Source: Octopus sinensis (taxonomy: Eukaryota). Taken from it: a stretch of DNA of 64,000 nt. Numbering within the stretch: the first letter of the stretch is position 1; the number at the start of each line of letters is the position of its first letter. Shown piece by piece: positions 42,006 through 52,611 of this stretch. The DNA is taken from assembly GCF_006345805.1 (NCBI RefSeq), contig NC_042998.1, positions 180,358,001-180,422,000 of the forward strand, written 5' to 3'. Made by a program: the position numbers and the translations under genes. Under the pieces are notes generated by a model. That model did not search any database and was not told the DNA's origin. It saw nothing but the letters and a program-made list of their open reading frames with translations.

Positions 42006-43164
42006 CTGTTTCTAAATTATGCAAAGAAGGAATCTACAGAAATATATTTTATTTCCATTGTTTATGTTTCAAATTTGAATAGAAAGTACCCCAGTTGTAT
42101 GCTGTCACACTAAAAGGAACATACCGACAACGAAAAACGAAAAGAAAACAAAGCAAAATATAAGAAAATAAAGAAAGCATTGAAGTTGATGAGGTTAAGT
42201 GGATTACATACAGGTCATTCGCCACACATTACTATGTCGTGATAGGCATCTGAAAACGAATCTGATTTATTAGCCTATAGAGAAATGATTCCCCGATTAT
42301 TATTCAAGTTCGGATTATATATGTGAGAGCCTAATGTTTTTACTCGTTGGAGGTCGCAGTAAATAGCTACTAATCAAGCAGTCCCTTTCCTCCTCACTTT
42401 ATTTGGTGGGACAATATAATAATTGCATATCAGTTACGGCAAAATAGTTGTGTAAGGAAATACAGTTATTTGCACCAATAACGAATTCCATAAAAGTGAA
42501 TTCAGTAAAACAAAACCCAACTAAAAATCGAATTATTCTGACAGCAATCAAAAGCAATTAGAAAACAAAATAAATTAAATTAATTCGAATTACATTTTTA
42601 AGCAATCGATAATGAAAATTAAAATAGCTAACCAACGATAAAAAGCGCCAAAGAAAACAACTGATCATTCTAGATGCTATCGAAAAATAACAGAATGGAA
42701 GTTATGTAAAAATATGAAGAGAAATAAAATTTATATTTGTATGAAATATCATTAAATCATTTTTACTACCACCTTTGGATTCGATATACTCGATATTCAA
42801 AAATAGGTAACTGGTGATTACATTAACGCAACGTGGGAGACTTTATGTGGCTAGTCGATATGCCTGAAACAGCAGTCGTATATTACTTAAAACATTTCCA
42901 TCCTCAAGTCTGGATAACACAGATGTAAAGACAAAAAGAAGGAAAATCATGATGACTGCTGCAATACCATAATTTATAGAATTTGGTTGGTTTAGAGTTA
43001 AATCAGAAGGAAAGAGGAATTTTACTTAACATATAATGTGATATTTACAGTATGTTATTAACTTGTATATTATGGCGTACAATAAACATTAATTTTAGTG
43101 AAATTACACACAGCCCATACGTTATAAACACACACACATATACGCATGTACATATATACATATA

Positions 43165-44021
43165 CAGGGTACAGTGAATAATCTGTCGTCTAGATTACGC
43201 ACAAATGAAAATGACACTGACAGTTCATTTTCACAGATATATTTACGAGAATTACATAAAAATATGTTGAAATATTAAAGAATAAATTTATTTAAGAAAA
43301 TCGCCATTGACTTCAACCACAGCCTCTAGACGACTTCGGAATCTGCTGCAATTCTTCTGGAGGTCTCCGTGTTTAAGTTCATCTTTGGTGTTACTAGGGG
43401 TTCTGTTGTTCTCTTGTTCAACTGCGCCCCACATAAAATAATCAGGTGGGTTGCACTCTGGAGAGTTTGGTGGCCAGATGTGAAGGGTGACGTGGTCGCA
43501 GAAATTGTCTGACAGCCATGATTGGATTTTCCTGCTTGTGTGGCATGGTGCAGAGTCCTGTTGCCAGACACAGGGTCTTCCAGCAGCCATCCTCTTGACC
43601 CAGAACAACACTAATCCTCTAGGCACTTGGTGTAGGCCTCCATGTGGTGACTGAGGCCGTGTAGGAAGACGAATGGAGGCATAACTTCGGCATCAGCATT
43701 GATCACTCCAAACACAATGATGTTGACTGGATGTTTGATTTTCATCACTCTCGGTACATGTTTTGGGAACACGACAAGCACTTAGATTGACACCCAAATA
43801 TTTTGAAACGGTCGTATTGGAGCTTCCGGCGTGAATGCCAAGCAGTGCAGCATGTCGTTTTCCAATTTTGGGCAGATTGAATTACGTCATGGTGCTGTTT
43901 TTCTTACAGACGCTGCCCAAATGACCCTACCATACTGATTAGTCGACAAAATCAAAAATATACAATGCACAGACGCAAAATTAAAAATATAAAATGGCGA
44001 CAATTTACCCATCACACGCTG
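43165..44021 (-). mobile_element. maT (DD37D) internal-deletion derivative
   Basis: TA-flanked imperfect TIRs (CAGGGTACAGTGAATAA / CAGCGTGTGATGGGTAAA); WQQDSAPCH followed by NPPDY, with 37 residues between the two Asp. Confidence 0.85.
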
Positions 44022-44429
44022 TATGCGCGCGCGTATGTGTGTATGTTGAAAACGTTGCAAGAAGCAACGAAAAGTTAAGAAGAAATAAATGATTAGAAAT
44101 TGAGCCGGTGAGTGCGTTAATTAATAAGGCATTTATTCTTAGTTCACCATATAGGTTGTCCATATAAGGGGCAGATAAAAATGGGCCGATGAAACGTATG
44201 ATTGATAAAATAAGTGAATATTGTATAACATGATGTGAAGGACGCGGGGACCCCACAATCCACGTGCGGTCATTGATCTTTTTTTAAACCCTAGTGTTCG
44301 CGCTCAAGTTAGCTCATTGATACTTATCAAGTGCGATATTGTCATCATTCTTGCCGCAAATTTATGCAGTGGCAAGTACTTTCTCTCTATCCTTGATTTT
44401 CTTTGTGGTTGGAATTTAAAATATTTTAT

Positions 44430-44610
44430 TAAACATTTCGGTTCCGTGACCTGAGATCTTTAGGGAACGACCTTGCTTCCAGTTTGATTCCAGGCCACGC
44501 ATATTTACACTACCAAGCTTGAGCGAGAACATTGTTAATGGTATTACTTACATTTGTTCGTCAAGGGCGAGTTGGCGGCGTTGCAGGTCCCTCCTCTTCC
44601 GCTGTAGTTT
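44430..44610 (-). mobile_element. possible L1/Tx1-type ORF1-stop / ORF2-start junction remnant
   Basis: ..ALDEQM*, then 15 nt, then ATG MFSLKLGSVNMRGLESNWKQG (APE-like xNxRGL motif). Confidence 0.35.
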
Positions 44611-45370
44611 GTAAGGTACTCCATTTGAATGCTTGGTGTAGGTTCTTTGTATTGCATTTGGATCATTTGGATACTTTTCTTTAAGTTCTATGTGAGAAAT
44701 ATTGTTAATGTATATGAATTTTATGTTTGCTGGTATATTTGGGTTATATGGGACTTAGGTTATATGCTTATACGTTATATGGGACTTTGGGTTATATGCT
44801 TATACGTAACTCTATTTTGTAACCCTCAGCCTACAAGTTTGCTTTTGTTTGCTGTTTTAGCTACACTGAAATGATTGAAACGGTCTTTTTAACTGGTGTA
44901 GAAAAATTACGTTGTATTTCGATGGCGTTTGGGTCTCCGTTAGATATATTTTTATAAGTGTATTGAGAGAAATTTTTTCACGAATGCCTTATACATGATA
45001 TTGTGGAAGAACGTGCTAAGCACACTGAATACATTGCTGGAGGTGTATTAAAAATAGATGTTCTCATCTTTATTTTGACCCTCGCTATTTCGTATGCTTA
45101 TAATTTATTCTATCTTTGAATGGCTTACACGTTATATTGTAGAAGAACGTTCTAAAATGAACGTGAAACATAAACATCTTATATTGATCCTCACTGCTAT
45201 GTGTGCTTATACTACTCACACACATACACGAATATACACACACACGAATATACACACACAAATACATACACGCACAAATACACACACACATGCAATCAAA
45301 CCTGTAAGTGTATATGTACCATATAGGTACATATACACTCATAAATAAGAGTGCGTATATCATATGATTT

Positions 45371-45409
<39 letters not shown>

Positions 45410-45424
45410 ACACATACACACATG

Positions 45425-46295
45425 CAGGGTGCGATGGGTAAATTTTTGCCATTTTATTTATATGTTTAATTTCGTCCATGCACATTGTTTGTTTTTTTTA
45501 TTTTGTCGACTACCCAGTATGGTAGGGTCAGTTGTGCAGCGTCTGTGAGAAAAACAGTTCCACGACGCAATTCATTCTGCCAGAAATTTGCAAACGACAT
45601 GTTGTCTTGTTTGGCAATCGCACCGAAAATTCCAATACGAACATTTGAGAGAGTTTCGGTGTCAATCTGAAGACATGTACCGACAGTGATAAAAATCAAA
45701 GACCCAGTCAACATCGTATTTGGAGTGATCACTGGTGATGGCGACGTTATGCCTCCATTCATCTTACCACACAGTCTCACACACAAGACGGACGCCTACA
45801 TCGAGTGCTTAGAGGAGGTAGTGCTACCCCGGGTCAAGAGGGTGGCTGTTGGAAAACTCTATGTCTGGCAACAGGACTCTGCACTATCCCACACAAGCAG
45901 GAGAATCCAATCATGATTGTCAGACAATTTCTGCGACCACATCAACCCTAGCCTCTGGCCACGTGACTCTCCAGTTTGCAAACCCCTTAATTATTATGTA
46001 TGGGGCCCAATTGAGCGAGAGACAAACGGAACTCCTTGTAACACCAAAGATGAACTGCATGCAAGGCTTATGGCATTATTCACCAACTTAAACAAAGATA
46101 CCGTCCAGAAGAATTATAGGAGATGCCGTAGTCGTCTGGAGGCCGTGGTTGAAGTCAATGTCGATTTTATTGAATAAATTTATTCTTTTGTATTTCAAGA
46201 TATTTTTATGTAATTGTTGTAAATGTAACTGTGAAAATTAGATTGTCAGTGTTACACTTTTGTGTAATTTAGATGACAGTTTATTCACCGCAACA

Positions 46296-46297
<2 letters not shown>
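45425..46297 (+). mobile_element. maT (DD37D) deletion derivative, copy A
   Basis: CAGGGTGCGATGGGTAAA ... TTTATTCACCGCAACATG termini; WQQDSALSH, WPRDSP..PLNYYVWG; contains a stop and frameshifts. Confidence 0.85.
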
Positions 46298-46358
<61 letters not shown>

Positions 46359-46372
46359 CACATACACACATG

Positions 46373-47243
46373 CAGGGTGCGATGGGTAAATTTTTGCCAT
46401 TTTATTTATATGTTTAATTTCGTCCATGCACATTGTTTGTTTTTTTTATTTTGTCGACTACCCAGTATGGTAGGGTCAGTTGTGCAGCGTCTGTGAGAAA
46501 AACAGTTCCACGACGCAATTCATTCTGCCAGAAATTTGCAAACGACATGTTGTCTTGTTTGGCAATCGCACCGAAAATTCCAATACGAACATTTGAGAGA
46601 GTTTCGGTGTCAATCTGAAGACATGTACCGACAGTGATAAAAATCAAAGACCCAGTCAACATCGTATTTGGAGTGATCACTGGTGATGGCGACGTTATGC
46701 CTCCATTCATCTTACCACACAGTCTCACACACAAGACGGACGCCTACATCGAGTGCTTAGAGGAGGTAGTGCTACCCCGGGTCAAGAGGGTGGCTGTTGG
46801 AAAACTCTATGTCTGGCAACAGGACTCTGCACTATCCCACACAAGCAGGAGAATCCAATCATGATTGTCAGACAATTTCTGCGACCACATCAACCCTAGC
46901 CTCTGGCCACGTGACTCTCCAGTTTGCAAACCCCTTAATTATTATGTATGGGGCCCAATTGAGCGAGAGACAAACGGAACTCCTTGTAACACCAAAGATG
47001 AACTGCATGCAAGGCTTATGGCATTATTCACCAACTTAAACAAAGATACCGTCCAGAAGAATTATAGGAGATGCCGTAGTCGTCTGGAGGCCGTGGTTGA
47101 AGTCAATGTCGATTTTATTGAATAAATTTATTCTTTTGTATTTCAAGATATTTTTATGTAATTGTTGTAAATGTAACTGTGAAAATTAGATTGTCAGTGT
47201 TACACTTTTGTGTAATTTAGATGACAGTTTATTCACCGCAACA

Positions 47244-47245
<2 letters not shown>
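46373..47245 (+). mobile_element. maT deletion derivative, copy A' (identical tandem duplicate, period 948 bp)
   Basis: No differences from copy A by eye; the track ORFs repeat at +948. Confidence 0.9.
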
Positions 47246-47304
<59 letters not shown>

Positions 47305-47307
<3 letters not shown>

Positions 47308-47655
47308 TATTCTAGAGTGCGATTTTTCTATACATGATCAGTTATACCCAATTTATCAATATCTCCTCGTGTCACAACTTTGCGATGTTCCTCTACACTT
47401 ATTTTGAGTGGGGGCATGGTTCGTCTTTGTATAACCTACCACAGCTGAATGGGATGGAGTACACGCAGCTTTTGGTCATATACTCTTCTATTCCTGATTT
47501 TACTGGAAAGAGATATTTTCGAAGTGTTGTATTACTCTTGAATACTGTCCTGATGTCATATGGACCTCATATCTTTTGTAGCATCTCGGAGAGGCCATTC
47601 ATAAAGTGTAGACAGACTATTGACAGTTTATTGGTTTCATCTCCTCTTTTCTTCA
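47305..47655 (-). mobile_element. Penelope-type GIY-YIG remnant (duplicated at 51123-51473)
   Basis: Minus strand DIRTVFKSNTTLRKYLF..KSCVYSIPFSCGRLYK..EEHRKVVTRG; the plus-strand 144/161-aa track ORFs are its antisense shadow. Confidence 0.75.
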
Positions 47656-47773
47656 TAATTGGCGTAGTGATTAATACGCGGACTACTAACCCCAATATTA
47701 CGAGTTCGATTCCAGACAGTGACCTGAATAATAATAATAATATAATAATAATAATAATAATAATATAATAATA

Positions 47774-47816
<43 letters not shown>

Positions 47817-47819
<3 letters not shown>

Positions 47820-48206
47820 CATGTTCCTTAGTGGCTGATGATATGTGCATCTCTGATCATGAGCAAAGTAGTGGGGAGCATCATAGCCATGTGTTGAGGG
47901 GGATTCTTTGGGGTTTGAATAATTCACCTCTGGAAACATGGGTGGTTTTTTCAACATCCTTAAACAACTCTTATTCAGAGACCGTTTGAGCGGGATGGGC
48001 TACTCAACCTGAAGAAAATTCTAACTGGGCCCCACCTGCAAGGTCAGGTGCTGTTTATATTGATATGAGATCACCATGTCGCGCACATATGGTTGTGATG
48101 CATGTGCCTGGTGTACCCTAATCAGACGGGTAGTCATGATGGGTATATTGGGCTTCGTATATTTTATCCCAGTGTCACTTTGATGGCATGAACTGCTTTC
48201 TCACTC
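47817..48206. repeat. ~390-bp interspersed repeat embedded in (AAT)n (duplicated at 51623-52013)
   Basis: GC-richer, non-coding, flanked on both sides by AAT arrays; class not determined. Confidence 0.5.
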
Positions 48207-48290
48207 AATAATAATAATAATAATAATAGTAATAATAATAGCAATAATAATAATAACAATAAAAACAACAACAACAACAACAACAACAAC

Positions 48291-48326
<36 letters not shown>

Positions 48327-48402
48327 TAATAATAATAATAATAATAATAATAACATCGAAGAATACCTCAGGAACTAGAACCCAGATTCGAAATTTCCCC
48401 AA

Positions 48403-48448
48403 GACACATGATAAAGGCTGGAGGGTATATCAGCCGAAATATTGTGTT
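48403..48448 (+). ncRNA. degenerate minimal type I hammerhead-ribozyme-like motif (duplicated at 52234-52279)
   Basis: GACAC-ATGATAA-A-GGCTG(10 nt)CAGCC-GAAA-TA-T-T-GTGTT: stems I and II pair, but the core deviates from CTGANGA. Confidence 0.45.
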
Positions 48449-48524
48449 AACTACAAACAAGATGTGGACAAACATCCGTCAAATGTAAATAATGTACATA
48501 ATTCCTCATCAATTAAATATAGAA

Positions 48525-48567
<43 letters not shown>

Positions 48568-48780
48568 AAGAGAGAGAGAGATACACACACACATATATAA
48601 TGCTCTATATTGCCATCACTTTGTAGAAGAAAATGAACACGTGGACGCATATAAACCCACAAATCTGTTATGTATATTCAACTGCAAATATGACCGTGTG
48701 TGAGCATATAACTGAACGTTCATGTATGCGTGTACATTTCAAATGTAAGTTTTATGTATTTGTTGAATGTGCAGGCGCAG

Positions 48781-50912
48781 TCAGTTGCTTCCTGTTCAGC
48801 CAGAGTGGACGCGAGTCAACCAGCTCCGTACAATTAAAGAAAAAAGACCAAAAACGGAAAGTTGTCGAGGTGATTTTGTTTATTGTGAGTTGGGCATAAT
48901 TTATTGCGTGCCAATTATTATTTCATTAAGTTGTGTCCAACTCTGAGACAATTTCGCCTGCTCTCGGCGGCTGCCGTTTTTGTGTTTATTGAAAAAAAAC
49001 AGTGGAGGGGCGTATCCGTCTTCGATAAATTGAGTGAATATTTTTTTCACGTAATTGTGAGAATTGTATCGTGCTGTAAAGAACTTTTTGTGAAAACTGC
49101 TATATAGGGGAGTATTTTGCCTCCGAAGTTTGAACAAGTTTTACCAATTTTACACCAAGTTTTGTGGAAGTTGTGCGTTCCTGGTTCAATTTAGGCTGGG
49201 AGTACCAAATGGCCAGAAGGTTTTTGCTGTGTTATTGACTTTCTTTTTAACTTTATTTGACTCTCTCCTTTTTCACTGTGACTTTCTTCGGATTTCCTTT
49301 TCCTCTCGTTTTTTAGTTTTATTCTGAATACAATTAAAAAACAAAAAAACAAAAAAAAACAAAAAAAGAACATGGCAATGAAAAATAACAAACTTTTGGA
49401 ATGGGAGATCATACCGCCTAAAAAGTGGTTAAAAGACCGTGAAGATAGGACGGTGGTGTTGAGAACCTACTCCAAGGCACTCGACACCATCGCCCTATTC
49501 GAAAAGACGGCAATTGAAAAGGAGTTGGAAGAGTATTTGCCAACAATTAAATTCATTTCCAGGGGTGTCAAATATGCAACGGTGTGGTTGCTATTTGACA
49601 CCCCTGAAGAGGCTTGCAAATTTGCTAGCAAACCCCTGGAGGGTAAGGAAATCTTATTCCTGCCCACGTACAAAAAAAAGAATTGATGAAAGCTTGGATT
49701 TGCGGTCTGCCACCCGACATAGAACCCGAGTGGATAGAGGAGACTATCCGCCGGGGTCTGGGTGGCAGCGAAACTAAGCTCCTTAATGTAAAAGTTCTTC
49801 CTGCGGCTGCTTGGGTTGGGTCAAAAGCAATTTTGACCCTTTGGACCCAATCAGCCAATCTGGTTCTTCCAGATTTTTTGAAAATGGCCGGGTGCAGGTA
49901 CCTGGTGATGCTTGAGGGTCGCCCCCCTAAGTGTCATCGGTGCTTGGAGTCCGGCCACATAAAGAAGAACTGTCCCCGGGCACAAAATAGGATCCCGGAA
50001 CAGTTAAGTAAAACCCCTCTAGAAGAGGACTCCTCAAACAGAGGCCGAAAGAGGAAGGTGAGCAACAATGGGTGCTCACCAAAGGATAATAGGGATGAGG
50101 AGAGGAAGGCGAATCTTCCAGCCACGGAGGAGACGCACCCTCCCTCAGTTGAAAAGGGGAAAAAAAAGAAAAACAGGAAGAAAAACAGGACATTACCGAC
50201 TGTCAGCGTAGCACCGGAATGTCCCGGAACTACGTCGGTTGGGGTTGTGCCACACACAAGAGAAGGAATACCGTTGGCGGGAACTGTGCCGCCACCGAAA
50301 GAACTGAACGTATTGGTCCTCTTCTATAGAGGAGGAGAAATTGAAAAAGTGATGGAAGAGCATCACAAGGGAGCACCTTTAGCCTTCACACAGGACCCCG
50401 AATGGCCTCCGCAGGTAGCTGTGGAGGCCGTGGCGTTCGACGTGACGTTTGGGCTAAAGGAGCTCAATGAAGACTATAACTTGGTCCCGGGCGACGCTGA
50501 CTCGGAACTTGATTACGTTCTGAGAGAGGCGTGGTTGATGGTGGAGGGCGCGGGCACAAGCGACTTCGAGGACGATATGTAATTATTGAACTGTTATTAT
50601 TAGTAATGGACTGCTAAGTCCAAAAATTGAAAAATTGTAAGAGGTTTAAAACCTCGTTTTGTGTTTATTTTTATTAATAATGGACTGCTAAGTCCAAAAA
50701 TTGGAAAAATTGTAAGAGGTTTAATACCTCGTTTTGTGTTTATCCTTAAAAAGAACAATGTTTTAGAGAAGCGAAAGTCGGCGGGCGCTTTTTGTCTTCT
50801 CCCATCCTTATCATCTTTCTTTCATTATCATTCACTTCATTAATGTCCTCGTCCAGCCCGCAAAGCTAACTTAATCTGTGTACTGCCTTTATGGCAAATG
50901 TTTTGAAATAAA
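48781..50912 (+). mobile_element. ORF1-only non-LTR-like element, copy 1
   Basis: TCAGTT start, ~590-bp 5' UTR, ORF1, ~330-bp 3' UTR ending AATAAA, no ORF2; flanks match split halves of a type C SINE head. Confidence 0.7.
49372..50582 (+). CDS. ORF1/gag-like nucleic-acid-binding protein (RRM-like region, one CX2CX4HX4C knuckle, basic region, acidic C-terminal domain); ~403 aa if the 1-nt deletion at ~49681 is corrected
   Basis: Track ORFs 49372-49686 and 49683-50582 join; CHRCLESGHIKKNC at 49932-49973. Confidence 0.8.
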
Positions 50913-51052
50913 GTAGCTTGCTAACCAACCACATGGTTCTGGGTTCAGTCCCACTGCGTGGCATCTTGGGCAAGTGTCTTCCGTTATAGCCCCGGGCCGA
51001 CCGATGCCTTGTGAGTGGATTTGGTAGACGGAAACTGAAAGAAGCCTGTCGT
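50911..51052 (+). mobile_element. type C SINE 5' half, truncated at its internal (TA)n by the duplication junction
   Basis: Same as 54767-54910, then TA repeat and the start of unit B'. Confidence 0.8.
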
Positions 51053-51059
51053 ATATATG

Positions 51060-51125
<66 letters not shown>

Positions 51126-51540
51126 TATTCTAGAGTGCGATTTTTCTATACATGATCAGTTATACCCAATTTATCAATATCTCCTCGTGTCACAACTTTG
51201 CGATGTTCCTCTACACTTATTTTGAGTGGGGGCATGGTTCGTCTTTGTATAACCTACCACAGCTGAATGGGATGGAGTACACGCAGCTTTTGGTCATATA
51301 CTCTTCTATTCCTGATTTTACTGGAAAGAGATATTTTCGAAGTGTTGTATTACTCTTGAATACTGTCCTGATGTCATATGGACCTCATATCTTTTGTAGC
51401 ATCTCGGAGAGGCCATTCATAAAGTGTAGACAGACTATTGACAGTTTATTGGTTTCATCTCCTCTTTTCTTCATAATTGGCGTAGTGATTAATACGCGGA
51501 CTACTAACCCCAATATTACGAGTTCGATTCCAGACAGTGA

Positions 51541-51625
<85 letters not shown>

Positions 51626-52120
51626 CATGTTCCTTAGTGGCTGATGATATGTGCATCTCTGATCATGAGCAGAAGTAGTGGGGGAGCATCATAGCCATGT
51701 GTTGAGGGGGATTCTTTGGGGTTTGAATAATTCACCTCTGGAAACATGGGTGGTTTTTTCAACATCCTTAAACAACTCTTATTCAGAGACCGTTTGAGCG
51801 GGATGGGCTACTCAACCTGAAGAAAATTCTAACTGGGCCCCACCTGCAAGGTCAGGTGCTGTTTATATTGATATGAGATCACCATGTCGCGCACATATGG
51901 TTGTGATGCATGTGCCTGGTGTACCCTAATCAGACGGGTAGTCATGATGGGTATATTGGCTTCGTATATTTTATCCCAGTGTCACTTTGATGGCATGAAC
52001 TGCTTTCTCACTCAATAATAATAATAATAATAATAGTAATAATAATAGCAATAATAATAATAACAATAAAAACACAACAACAACAACAACACAACAACAA
52101 CAACAATAATAATAATAATA

Positions 52121-52157
<37 letters not shown>

Positions 52158-52355
52158 TAATAATAATAATAATAATAATAATAACATCGAAGAATACCTC
52201 AGGAACTAGAACCCAGATTCGAAATTTCCCCAAGACACATGATAAAGGCTGGAGGGTATATCAGCCGAAATATTGTGTTAACTACAAACAAGATGTGGAC
52301 AAACATCCGTCAAATGTAAATAATGTACATAATTCCTCATCAATTAAATATAGAA

Positions 52356-52398
<43 letters not shown>

Positions 52399-52611
52399 AA
52401 GAGAGAGAGAGATACACACACACATATATAATGCTCTATATTGCCATCACTTTGTAGAAGAAAATGAACACGTGGACGCATATAAACCCACAAATCTGTT
52501 ATGTATATTCAACTGCAAATATGACCGTGTGTGAGCATATAACTGAACGTTCATGTATGCGTGTACATTTCAAATGTAAGTTTTATGTATTTGTTGAATG
52601 TGCAGGCGCAG

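Noticed and set aside
47334-47768. 144-aa ORF MISYTQF.. and its 161-aa duplicate at 51152
   Set aside because: Antisense shadow of a Penelope GIY-YIG remnant, running into a SINE head and an AAT repeat.
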